Made by a program: the position numbers and the translations under genes. From Vicugna vicugna (lineage: Eukaryota), in assembly GCA_013265495.1 (NCBI GenBank), contig MU058781.1:8227009-8291008 (forward strand): a DNA stretch of 64,000 nt. The letters are read 5' to 3'. The notes beneath the pieces are model-generated. The model saw nothing but the letters and a program-made list of their open reading frames with translations. It was not told the origin of the DNA and searched no databases. Below, piece by piece: positions 1 to 11,926 of the stretch. Each line of letters begins with the position of its first letter. Position 1 is the stretch's first letter.

Positions 1-362
1 CCCGTCCTCCCTACATCCCTGTGCTGAAGTCCTCACCCCCAGCACTCCCAAATGGGATGGGCTACATTTGGAAACAGGCTCTTTAACGAGTTATTAAGTG
101 GAGCTGAAGTTAATAGGGGTGGACTCTAATCCAGCATGCTTGTTGTCCTTGTAAGAGGTGCGAGCACAGACAGGCAGAGAGAAGCCCACGTGAAGAGGAG
201 CAGGCGGCCGTCTCAGAGGCAAGGAGGGAGGCCTCAGAAGACACCAGCCCTGCCATACCTTGATCTTGAAGTTAGGCCTCCAGACTGTGAGACAGTCCAA
301 CTTTCCACTGTCGAAGCCCCCTAGTCTGTGGGACTTTGGGATGGCAGCCCAAGCAGATAGTC
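1..362 (+). mobile_element. MLT1-type (ERVL-MaLR) solo LTR, starting at the window edge
   Basis: tgaagtcctcacccccag...tttggaaacagg...ctctaatcc...ccttgatcttg...gcctccagactgtgagac...tggcagccc. Confidence 0.8.
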
Positions 363-3300
363 TGTTAGCAAGGGATGGATGAATAAAACCTTGGGTACAA
401 CAGAACCACTAATTACCAAAGCTGTAAAGATCCCAGCAGCACGGACTCCAGTGAGCGGACACCCCGGGACTCAGTTCCAGCAATGCTGGTCCCGGCCCCC
501 CTGCACTCCAGTGGCCAGAAGGGCTCGGTCCAGCACCCTGTTCACGGGGAGCCCGACACTGAAGGACAGGGGAACGTGGAGACCTGGGTTGTGACTAGGG
601 CCATGTATAGGGCTGGCCTCTAAACTCAGGGGCCAGAACCTCACACCCCAGAGAAACAGTCCTGCCCTCACTTGTTCAACGAACGGTTGACTCCAGTTCC
701 CGTGTGAATCAGGGCCTCGCTAGATATGAAGATATAAACACGCCTCGTGGTCGGCAGGCAGCCGGCAGTCTGGTCGGGGAGAGACGAATGGAATCAGGTC
801 ACCCAGGACTCGAGGGGTTATTGGGCAGAGGCCAGTGGGGGAAGACATCACAGTGAACGCGGCATCTTCCACGTTCTACTTCCTCTGCTGGAAAGGCCTC
901 TCAAGTTTTGCTCGCTCAAAAAAGGCAGGTCTTCAGGCGGTAACAGTAACAGGTACGGAGGCAGAGTCCCCAGTGTCCCGGCTGCGGGGACAGGGCTGGA
1001 AGTGGGCAGCCACACTGAGGGCGGAAGCAGGCTGGTTAGGGTCAGAGGGGTAGGGGACGCGGTGTGTGCTAGACAGTGGGAGACAGCAGAAGTCTGTATG
1101 AAGAGGACGGGCTTGCTGGGCTGTCCGGGGAGATTCTCTGGCGGCAGCGTGGAGAAGATGGGGGGGAGAAGGGGCTGGTGATCAGGCAGGAAACTTGTTC
1201 CAGCTACTGAGGCTTTTCGGGGCCAGTGCACAGAGAGACAGTTGCAACCCACCCGGGGCTGCAGCTGGAAATGCTGAAAGGTCGTTTTGCCTGCGAAACA
1301 CGAGACAATGGACAGAAAGTCCACAATGAATGGATGATTGTCGCTGGCAACTGCTTAGACTGCGTATATTTGAATGTCAAAAGTGCTTATTCCGATGATT
1401 TGCTTTGAAAACAAAAGAGGCCATTTGATCCTCAGGGCGCTGTGGGTCCAGAAAGGCACAGAGAAAAAGTGCTGTAGTGTCCAGAAAAGCGCTCCCCATC
1501 TGCCTCCACTGGTTGGATCAGCAGTTCTGGAAAAACTGTGAGGTGGCCTGGAAACTGACATGATGCCATGGCACGTGGAGGCTAACTGATACCGAGGGGA
1601 TGCAGGTGTCTGGGTTCCATGCCGAAACACCCAGCGCTCACCTGTACGCTCGTTCTCAGGCCTTAGACGGCCATGCTCGTCTGAGAAGTTGAGAAGAAAA
1701 CTTCAGAGGGCTCCACTCAGTCCTGTTTGTTGCAGGTCGTGCCACTGCTGGAAGAAGTGTACATCCCTGCGGGGGGTACAGACCCTGCTGGAACGAGAGA
1801 ATGTCCTTCTACCCTCAGCTCCGCTACAGGAGAGCTTTGTGATGCCTCAGACAGGTCATGACACTCCCAGGGCCTTAGTTACCGCAGATGTAGGGGGAAA
1901 AAAGCCAGGAGCTCCCAAAACGGAGATAGGATCCCTAGGCGTAACTCCAAACCAACCGAATCAAAGTGTCTGAGGACTGGGACCCTGGGGTCTGTTCGTA
2001 ACCAAATACCTGTTGAGGCATCTATTCCCTGTGTATCCCTGAGGTCTCTTGCTTTTTAAGATACTTGAATTTCTAAGCACAGGGAGAGGAGACAAAGCAC
2101 CACCATATCTTTGCCAGTAATTTGGGGGATTCTCATAGGAGGCTTGGATGACTCTGGGGTATATCTTCCCCCCATTTCTAACATGTACTGCATTGCTCTC
2201 TTAGTCTGTCCTCGTCTCTCCTCCCAATGCCAGCCCAAACCGGAGCCAAGCCCCCCTCTTTAAGATGGAAAGCGTCTCTAGCTCTGGTGGGAAGAGACGG
2301 ACATCCCAGGACAGCCCAGCAATTCTCCCCCTTCCTATCCTCCAGAGTCCCCCCGATCAGTCTTGCCTCCAGGAACGCCTCATCTCAGGTCGCAAGCTTC
2401 TGCCGCCTCGTCCTTCTGCCCCTGAGTAGGTCTGGGTAACTCCCCCGAAGTTCTGTTCATTTTTTCCAGCAAAGAAGTTTGCCCCCACAACATACATCAG
2501 GTACCAAAAGTCTAGGCCAACCTTTGCATATTTCAAAGCACGTTATGCACATTAGAGAAGAGGTCTTTTTAGCAACCCAGGCACTGACAGGATACCTTCT
2601 CTTGAAGAGAGTCGAATGATTTGGTGTCGTTCCCACCTCACCAGTTTGCTCCTTGCCGAGGGTAAGAGCAAAGCAAGGTTTCCATCCCCCGCCCCCTTGA
2701 TGGGATTTCTGCCGCGGGCAGTCCGCAATCTGTTGTCAACGGCACCTCCATTTCCCCACCCCTGCCCACTGAACAAGTTCCCTGAGGGACAGGGCCAGCC
2801 CATCTGCATTTGGAAACCACCGGACCAGGGGAGTTGTAGAGCTGCTTTCAGCCCTAAAGTCCTTTGTTAAAGTGCTTCTGCACCAGGAGGCGAGGTGGAC
2901 TGAGTGGCTTGGATCCTGGTCTGGTTCTCCGGCTAACACGCTGGATGACCTCGGGCAAGTTACTCAGTCTCTGAGCCTTGGCTTCCACATTTGCAAAAAC
3001 AGGATATTAACAGCAGATTCCCAGACTGTATTAGGTAATGCACGTGAAAGGAATCGCCAGTAACTGCTGGTTCTCCTCCACCCAGTGCGTGAGAGGTAGC
3101 CTTACACAAGCTGAGGGACTTAGACAAAGCTCAGGTGGGCTGGCCCTTCTCTCAGCCAACATCTTGCCTCTTGGACCTCATGACATCATTCACTGAGCCT
3201 GAAACCTTCGCCAAAGATCCTTCCAGAGCGGGGCCCAGCCTCCCCACTACCTCTACGGGCAACAGTGAGCACAGCCTGCTCCTCTGGGTGGCTTCTGTAT

Positions 3301-4065
3301 TCACTGGTACTGATTTGTTGCAAAGTCAGCATCCAGTTTCAGAACAAGGGCAGGCTTAACGTCACCTGGTCAGGAGGTTGGCGAGCAGTGATGGGGCAGT
3401 GCTGGGTAACCTCCGGGCACAGTGACACGAGTTAGCTCCAAACTTACAGTACGGGTGTTCTGAACACTGGATTCCCTGAGGCACTCCTGCAGCGGGTGCT
3501 CTGATCTTGTCTTTCTGGTCACGCTGAGCTCTTTGAGGGCAGAGAACGGGTCTTTAGCATCTTTTACCTAACAGAATGCCAGACCTTTTCCGGACATGAC
3601 GTTTGCTAAATAAGTGAATGCGTGAATTAATGGATGGACAGACCGGGGGAGGGTTTCAGATTATTTTAGCTCAACATCACTAATCATCAGGGAAATACAT
3701 AGAGTATTTTAGATTTGGCCTTTTTGAAAACAAAACCATAAAATGTATTTCTTTCCAGCAAAGCTCATCAACCCAATAGATACGTGTTACTGCTATGATA
3801 CTCAGGGCAATAGGAACTCTGACGCACTCTTCTGTCCAAACTTTGGTCCTAGACTGAAATTTTCTTCTATTGGTGAATGTTCCCAGGGGAAAAGGTACTC
3901 AGCTCTCTTCCATGTATTGTCCTGTCAGTATTGAGTAAGGCTTCTTAATACAAAAAGCATCCCCCAGGACCTAGCACTGCCTGACATACAGACTTTATAA
4001 GCCCGGGTCCCCCGGGCTGGACTTGTACTCCGTCATGTAACAAGTAACTGATTCTAGGCGGTCCC

Positions 4066-4144
4066 TAAAGGGGCCAGTGGTCCCCGCCTGCCCAGGACTG
4101 AGGGGTTGGCAGAGTCCCGGCAAAGCAGGACTGCTGGTCACCCT
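4066..4144. mobile_element. MER81-like relic (internally deleted)
   Basis: tgcccaggactgagggg...gtcccggcaaagcaggactgctggtcaccct. Confidence 0.5.
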
Positions 4145-4954
4145 CGCGACCACCTCCCTTCTCACCATCAGAGTTCTTCTCTCAGAAATGAGGGTACTTA
4201 AATACAGTGAAGCCCAGACATAAATCACACTGCAAGTTCCAAGATTTCACTATGATAAGGAATATTCTACACAGTCCACACCAATGGTGATCATACCATT
4301 TTTGCTGGCACACAAGATGTGTACTTTCCTTGGTCTTGCAACCTCAAGGTATTGCTGTTGGAGGTGGACCCTGGCGGATTTCAGGCACCTACGTCTCTCC
4401 CCCCGTCCACCATCTAATATTCCTCCTGGGACACTGAAGCTGGGTTAAATTGGGTTGAGCCTCCTACACTGGCCCAGATGGACTACTTCTTAACTTCCAT
4501 TGTCTCCCTAGGGACCAGAGCCCAGGTCCCAGCACTTCTGCCCCAGCACCAGGACAGGCGCGTCATGTCCCATGTCATTGACCAAAGAGAAGCACCAGTA
4601 GGGTACCTCAGGGAAAGGCCCACGGTCAGTAGCTTTCTTGGGACGGCCTGGGGTTCAGCTCTCAGCTCGACCACTGAGTCTGTCTGTGGGGGAGCTGGCA
4701 AACATCCTCCCGATTCTGTTTCTTCATCTGTAGAAAGGGCTTAAATCCTACCTGCACTGTTAGGAGTGAAGATCCGACGTCAAACCCCAAACCCAAACCA
4801 TCCAAGTGCCTGACATCTAATACAAACTGAACATATGATGCTCAACGTTTAAGTAAAACCTTAATATTGTTCACATTTGTTAAAATACACACACAAACAG
4901 ATATATACACACACTTCAGAATGTCAAGTCTCTACGTACACAAACCAAAAGCAG

Positions 4955-6243
4955 TTCTTCTCAGAAATATTTCCTTTATATAGAAACGCAGCATTCATTT
5001 AGTAAGAAACTAATTTTTTTACCATTTCATTTGATGTGAACAAATTCTCTCCTGCCAAGGTATGTGACTGAGGGAACAACCTGGTGGCATGTACTTTACT
5101 ATCATTATTATTATTAATTTTCCACAACATTTAACATGTTTCCTTCTCCTACATCGAATATCACCCAACAGAAGTTCCCAAAAGGAGCCACAGCACATTC
5201 ATTGCAAAGATAGAAAAGAAAACTGTCTTTCAATTTCTGCTTTCCGATAGGATGTCAACTAAAACGAAGTCAGATTTAATCAGCTGTGAAACTGAAAAAA
5301 AAAAAAGGGGGGGGGAACCGGCCCGAACGTACATCATGGCCATGGTCATCAACATGTCTCTGTGAAGTGAGAGGAGAAAACAACAGTATCTGCCTCTTCT
5401 TCCCAAACTTCAGTGTAACTTTTAAGAAAAATTATTTTTAAAAAGACACGGTGCTGCCTCGGTGGTGCGAAATTTGGGTGTTTTCTCGGCGCCATCCCTG
5501 GGCACGCAGAAGGCGCAAACGCAAAGGAAAACACCTGGAAAACAGCTCCTGGGAGACGTGGACAGGGGACCTTCTGATTTCCAATCCTGGCTCATTTCAG
5601 GAGCAAAAGAAGGGTTTCATCCCTGGGGAAAAAAAACAGCCAACTTCAGGACGCATGCCTGACCTTCAGTCCATCCAAACATCCGTTCACGGTCGGTCCT
5701 CCTGGCTCGTCAAGTTTTCTGTATTCTGGAAACTTCCCTCCACGCAATCCCTCCCCGGCAGTCTTCTGAGTGTAGTTACTGTGTTTGAAAACAGTGATGT
5801 CGCCAGTCAAAGGACCTGGGGCTCCCTGGGGAATAACCATCTCTGGGTATGTTCTGGCAGACAAGGCACCTTGGCTTCACCTTCTAACTTCTGGAGTAGA
5901 CGTCCAGGTTCCCAGCATCCAGACTTCAGTGGCTGGAAATCATGCCGGAAAAGCAGAGACCCAGCTGCCCGGAATGCACTGTCCCTGCCGTTCTGGCACA
6001 TTCTCCCCTACCCCACCCCACTCACACGTCCTACAAAATATTAAAACAAATCAACTGGACGTGGCTGATTTAACGGTACAAAAAGGCTTTATAAAAATAC
6101 TCCCTGCACTTAAGAAACAAAAACAAAAAAGATGCATGTAAACATGGCGTCTTAAGTCACCGGAGAACTCTGGAGTCTCTCCATCTCATCTGATCAAAGA
6201 TTTGCAGTCTTATGCGTTCAGCTTTTTTTTTTTTTTAGAGGTA
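4955..6243 (-). other. MBOAT1: Probable MBOAT1 3' UTR (distal end uncertain)
   Basis: Directly follows the stop codon and is repeat-poor. Candidate signals on the minus strand are TATAAA (6093-6088 and 4980-4975) and ATTAAA (5280-5275). Confidence 0.55.
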
Positions 6244-6370
6244 TCAATCTGTTTTTTTCTTATTAACAGAGTTCAGAGTCTGAGACCGCCTTTGACCATG
6301 AGCTTGTGGTTTCATTGGCAGGAACAGGATGATCAGGAGACTGATGATGTGTAAGTAAAAGTACATGGAT
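6244..6370 (-). CDS. MBOAT1: MBOAT1 last coding exon 13 (127 bp including stop), ends in dilysine ER-retrieval motif KKTD
   Basis: (K)SMYFYLHIISLLIILFLPMKPQAHGQRRSQTLNSVNKKKTD*. Acceptor ttcctag|A, TGA at 6246-6244. Confidence 0.96.
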
Positions 6371-7798
6371 CTAGGAACAAATACACACACAAATTACATT
6401 TCACACAAGGATACATGTGGGAAACGTCACATGAAGCAATGACATCATTTGCAGTCTGGAGCAAGTGAGGACTCTGCCCTTGGCGCTGGTAGACCTGACT
6501 GCCCTCAGGCTTGTCTTGCTCCATTCCAAGATAACTCCCTTGGGTGGGTGAGTGGGCCCAGGAAGGACTGAACCCACAAATCAACCAGCCCGTCCGCAGA
6601 TAGACGCGTGGCCCTGTCCCACTGACATAATGAGCATATGGAGAGAATTGACCCCAACAGCTAGAAAGCCACCATATTACAAGCCTAGGGAGACATGGAA
6701 TGCAATTCAGACCCTACAATCTGTTCCCGAGACACAAATGCAGCTGTACTGCAGCCAAGGTGCGCGCCACTCAAGTGTCAGGGTTCTTGTGTATATTATG
6801 TGCCCGAAGAATCTAGGTTTTGAATGCTTACTCCATAACTCAAAATCATTTTCCATCCAAACTAATAACAAGCTTTGCTTCTGAGGTTTGAAGATTTTAA
6901 AAGTGTGATATTAGGTACAACCTGGATACTCAATAAATACTGTACATCTCAATGCACGTAAGTAATGAGAAGACAGCTTGCATTTGTACAGCTGTTCTGT
7001 ATCCATAAACTGAACTTACACTTTTCCACTCACCAACTGATCTCTGTATCATTCCCCAGCTTCTACGCTCACAAGGTGTGGTCTACAGAACGTCAAGAGC
7101 TCTAGCAAAAGCAAACATTTCTTCTTTCAATAAACACTTACTACCTAGGAGGTACGAAGCATTAAACCCGCATCTACAGAAAGTGCAAAGCCCCCGCCCC
7201 TTTCTCCAAGGAATGGAATGGTAGCAACGTAACCAGCAGAGGGGTCGACGGCCCCAGGTAAGTGATCATCTGATGTACTGTTTAGACCAGGACGTGACTG
7301 AGAGTGAAAGACATGCCTACAGCCAGACACGCTGGCTCAACAAGGGTAAACCAGGACTCTCACAGGCACGCTCCAGGCATAGGCAACTCCGGCTTTCAAA
7401 GTCTCTCCTAAAATACACTTTGTTCTTGCCTTTTGCCTTAATCTTTTACATATGGCCAAATCTACACTGGAGCAATTATGTTAGATTAAAGTCAAATATT
7501 TTGGAAGTCCAGGGGAAAAAATTCAGCCCCCTAGGAAGGTTTACTAACCTATTCTGACATTCCATACTGCTCTCAAATTTTAAGGACTATTTCGTCTTTT
7601 TCTTATGGAAGAACTCAGCTAGCATTTACAGAGAGCATGCCAGGACTAAACTAGGTACTCCAGATACACAGATGAAGAAGGCTTAGTTCCTGCTCTAAAG
7701 GAGTTTTTTGCTATTTACAAAAGTTCCTACACAAACTCTAACATTCTTACACTTTGAAGTTAATAAAATGTTATCTAGTTAAATTCACAGGAAGGTTC

Positions 7799-8205
7799 TG
7801 CTCTGGACTGAATGTGTTCTGCCCCAAATTCTTATGTTGAAGCCCTGACTTCTGATGTGATGCTATGTGGAGAACTAGCCTTTGGGAGGAATTTGGTTTA
7901 GATGAGGCCTTGAAGGTGGTGGTGGTGGGGCTCATGATAGTATTAGTGCCCTTATTAGAAAATAAAGGTAAATCAGAGTGTGAGCTGTCTCTGTCCCTCA
8001 CCCCATCTCTTTCACGTCCCTCTCTACGTGAGGACACAGTGAGAAGGCAGCCTTCTGCAAGCCAGGAATAGCACTCTCATCAGAAGCCAAACCTGCCAGC
8101 ACCTTGATCTCGGACTTCCCAGCCTCCACAACTGTGAGAAGTGCATGTCTGTTGTTTAAATCACCCCATCTACAGTATGTAGTCCTACCAGCCCAAGCTA
8201 AGACA
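7799..8205 (+). mobile_element. MLT1A-like solo LTR
   Basis: Starts tgctctggactgaatgtg, contains ctgccagcaccttgatctcggacttcccagcctccacaactgtgaga, ends gctaagaca. Confidence 0.85.
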
Positions 8206-8569
8206 AGTTCTTTCATAATAAATTTAAATGTTTACTTGGGGCTCATTTGCAACTTAAGGGGAAAAAAAATTAGGCTAAGAAATTTAAAGCTGGGATTTGA
8301 AGTCACTATAGATTGGAAAGTGACTAGATGGCAAAATGAAGCCCACCTGACATTTAAATGTCAAGCAGGAAAGGATATCGGAGAGATGGATTTGCATACA
8401 ACTGCCATTTATTGCCAGTTACTGAATAGCCCTTAGGGAGGGGCAGATCTGGAATGCAACTGACCTACCGTTACTTTCATTTCTTTTGTTAGAGTCAGTG
8501 ATTATCTTGAGTCTTAAAAAAAAAAAACCTTTTTTTAAAAAGATTCAGAAAACACCTTTAGAGGCAATC

Positions 8570-8725
8570 TGTAATAATGGGCAACATATGGCTATTAAAA
8601 TTAGATACAATTGAAAATTCAGTTCCTTAGTCACACTAGCCACATTTATGTCCACACACACTGGTGGCTAATGTATTTGACAGCATTTTGGTCACTGTAG
8701 AAACTTCTATTGGACAGAACTGATC
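8570..8725. mobile_element. MER3/MER33-like hAT relic
   Basis: aaaattcagttccttagtcacactagccacattt...gaaacttctattggacag. Confidence 0.7.
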
Positions 8726-8779
8726 TAGGTAAGGAATTTAAACTATACACATAAGCAACTATGAAAATGAGATAACACA

Positions 8780-8835
8780 TTAGGTTGAACCATTTGAAAT
8801 TGACAAAAGTGACAGAAATGTCAATTTCACCCTAA
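8780..8835. mobile_element. MADE2-like mariner miniature inverted-repeat element
   Basis: ttaggttgaaccatttgaaattgaca...tgtcaatttcaccctaa, with an 11-bp perfect inverted repeat. Confidence 0.65.
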
Positions 8836-9995
8836 ACAAAGGTTTTTTTTTAAAAAAAATAAACATTTTAGATTGTCTTTCAAAAGAAATGGAAGTCTAC
8901 AAGAGAGTGATCTGGATTGATAATGATTTGATTCTTTCCCTAGAGCCCCTGCCTAAGTGTAAAAATGCTTAGTTGGTTAAACACAATGCACATGATCATA
9001 AAAAAAAAAAACCCGTCATGTGATTCACTAAGTAGTAACAGTCTTCCAAAATACCTTCTCCTAGAGAAATTTTTAGTAACTGCACTACTGCTCTTGCTGT
9101 TTAAAGGAACTTTGCATCTGAAACTCGGGTCTTGCTGTGTGAGTTCTGTTAAATTACTCACCTTCTCTGAGCCTCCATTTCCATACATGATAAACAGTGA
9201 AACTGATACCTACCCTTCTCTCTTCTCAGCTCCCTACCCTCTACCTTGGATTGAATCTTTATTCTGCCCACATGTGTTTCTTGAGTCTTCAGTGCACAGG
9301 GCCTCCTCCTATCATGCTCCCTGTGTCTGGGATGACCCACAGGGCTCCATCCACCACACCCAGCATGCCTGCTTCAAACGCCCGTCATGCAGCCTCCAGG
9401 ATTTAGCGAAATGTGACTTTCACCCAAGTTGGCTTCCTGTTCCATGCTCACATAAATCTTTGTACTATTCAAAGTATGATCCTAGTGGATATTTACAAAT
9501 ATGTCGATTATCTCCTGTTGCTTCCATCAAACTACCCACTCCGTGGAAGCAGGGGTGATTTCTGTCTTTTGCTCACCCATCTACCCCCAGATTCTAGGAT
9601 ACTGCCCAGCATCCTGTAGGTATTGAGTGGTATTGCACTGAATGCAGGCATTTCTGGTATAATGTAATCCATATAATTCCTTAAAAAGCCTCACATCTGG
9701 CAATATCATGTGCTAAGATACCAGGGCTGGGGTGGGTTTTCTGTTGCTGCTGTTATTTCTTCCTTTATTTTTTGGTCTCTCTCTAGTTCTTGTTTAATTA
9801 TTAGTCTACACAGTGACAGATTTTCCAAACACTGGAGGAAGCCTCATTCCACTTACTTTACTTAAGGAATGCAAGGCAATGTGTTTCAATGCCTGTTATG
9901 GGAAAAAAAAAAAGTGCCTCCCTAAAAAAAATCTGGTTTAACATAACACAGTTTCTATTTCACTTTGTTCCGTTTCTTTACAAAATACTCATCTC

Positions 9996-10111
9996 GGGGT
10001 TGAGGTCTAGCTCAGTGGTAGGGCGCATGCTTAGTATGCACAAGGTTCGAGGTTCAATCCCCGGTACCTCCACTAACAACAACAAAAACAAAAAAAATCA
10101 CTAAAATAAAT
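9996..10111 (+). mobile_element. tRNA-Ala-derived SINE (camelid Vic-1-like)
   Basis: tRNA-like head ...TAGCTCAGTGGTAGGGCGCATGCTTAGTATGCAC...GGTTCAATCCCCGGTACCTCCA, A-rich tail. TSD aaaatactcatctc (9982-9995) / aaaacaatcatctc (10112-10125). Confidence 0.88.
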
Positions 10112-11774
10112 AAAACAATCATCTCCTCACCATCAGTAGCAGCGCTCTCTCTCCCCTAGCCGGGGAGGGCGTGGAGGAGGTTGGGTACCTCAAACGAAAA
10201 AGTGAGCAGAAGGTCTCAGGGTTACAAGTTAGAAGCAGACAACTCAAATTCTATGAGACTCTGTAACCAGAGTGCCTCACAAAGACAGTTAGTACCAAAG
10301 CCAAACCCTTGGACAGCCCAGGCCGATCCGCAACTGGGCTGATGAAGGGCAAGGTGTGCTGGAGGGCACTGAGACAGGGGAAAGGAAGTGGAGCTGTGAG
10401 CAGGTGGGGGTGCTGGAGGGAGGGCGCCGAGGAGGTACCATCAAGATGGAGCCGGGGGCGGGGGTGCCTCTTGGGGGAAGGCACCCAGGGAAGGCACTTG
10501 ATTTTCTCCAGATAGAGCTGAGGGGACTCAGCGCTCCTTCTTCTGTAGCAGCTGAACTGAGGGCTTTTTCTACTGAGGCTTGTAATTCTTTTTCCACCAT
10601 CCTGGCAACCTTTGCCTAGAAAAATGTGTGTCTACACCAGCCCACTTCCATGTTACACTGACAGAACCCCCACGCCCTAACTGTATTACAGAAACAGACT
10701 TTGTTGATGAGTGTTGCATAGTTCCCTCTATCTTCTTTTCCTATAACCTGAAAAAAATCCCCCCACCTCTAGACACTGATACCTGGACTGGGTTGTGAAG
10801 GTTTCTTTGATCACCCCTGACCAGTGCATCCAATCCTGGACGTACAAACAAGGCATGCTTGTCCTATTTATTTCTAAGCCACTTTTCTGATGGTAGCTGT
10901 GTCCCATACTTAATCTACAAAAGTCCCCACAAATCAGTCAGTAAGACAAGTTAGTATTTATCGAGTGCAGACTACACGCCAGACCTTGGGACTGAGCCCT
11001 GGGCACACCTGCCTTGCCCAATCCTAACAGAGGTGCTTTGAAATGAATTCTATTCTTACCCTCATTTTACAGTTGAGAAGACACAGGTAAAGAGGTTAAT
11101 AATGTGCCAGGGGTCACAGAACCATTTCTCCAAGAGCAGAGAAATGCAACGAATTCCACAAGAGTGAAACAATAAAAGCAAGCAAGAATAGGGGTGCAGT
11201 TCATCTGGAGGGCTGGTGTTTGAGTATGAGGGGCAGATACCCTTTTCCTAAAGGCCTCTTGTCTGTGGTGTGACCCCCCCCAGGCCCCACCCTCAATGCT
11301 GCATCCTACTCTCCTCCACCATATACAAGGGCGCCCCCACAGGCACTTGCTGGAACTGCCATCTCAGGGGAGCACAAAGCCCTCTGCTGGACCATCAGGT
11401 CAGTGCCCAGCCCCCGCCCGCGTCTGTCCTGCACTCAGAATGCCCCACAGCCTAATCTTAGCAAAAAGAGGCAAGGCCAGTGAACTCACCTGCTGTTGGT
11501 CATTTAGACACATCCCTTCCAAAATCCCTGCCCTAAGCATCCCTGACTTGTGTGAGGAGCAGCTGAAGGGCTCCCAGTCAACTCTGCTCATCTGCACAAT
11601 GACCTGTTAGTGTCTCAGCACAGCCACTTCCTCCTAATGCTTTCTCTAGACGTTTTCACACTGAAACCATACACAGCAATTGTCAGTACAGGTTCATTTC
11701 CCTTCGCCCACTCCCAAGTCAAACACAGAGAACACACGTTGACCACACAGCCGTCGGGAACAACAGAAACTTAC

Positions 11775-11926
11775 TTGTATAAGCTGATGGTCGGTTCAAC
11801 GGCCAGCAGAACGAAGGGTGCGACCGTGTACGAGATGGCCAGCTGCGTGGCAGCCCAGGTGCCCGTGTCATAGACAGCCTTGAGGGCTTTCGAAGAAAGG
11901 AAGTAATGTCTGTAGTTGTTCCTCAT
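11775..11926 (-). CDS. MBOAT1: MBOAT1 coding exon 12 (152 bp)
   Basis: MRNNYRHYFLSSKALKAVYDTGTWAATQLAISYTVAPFVLLAVEPTISLY(K). Acceptor cgcag|ATG, donor AA|gtaagt. Confidence 0.96.

Noticed and set aside
5451..6044. 197-aa plus-strand ORF antisense to the 3' UTR
   Set aside because: GTG start, no recognisable domain, composition typical of chance ORFs.
9996..10072. tRNA-Ala gene (also at 22311, 37146 and 57552)
   Set aside because: Stem mismatches, A-rich tails, TSDs and multiple diverged copies show these are SINEs, not tRNA genes.
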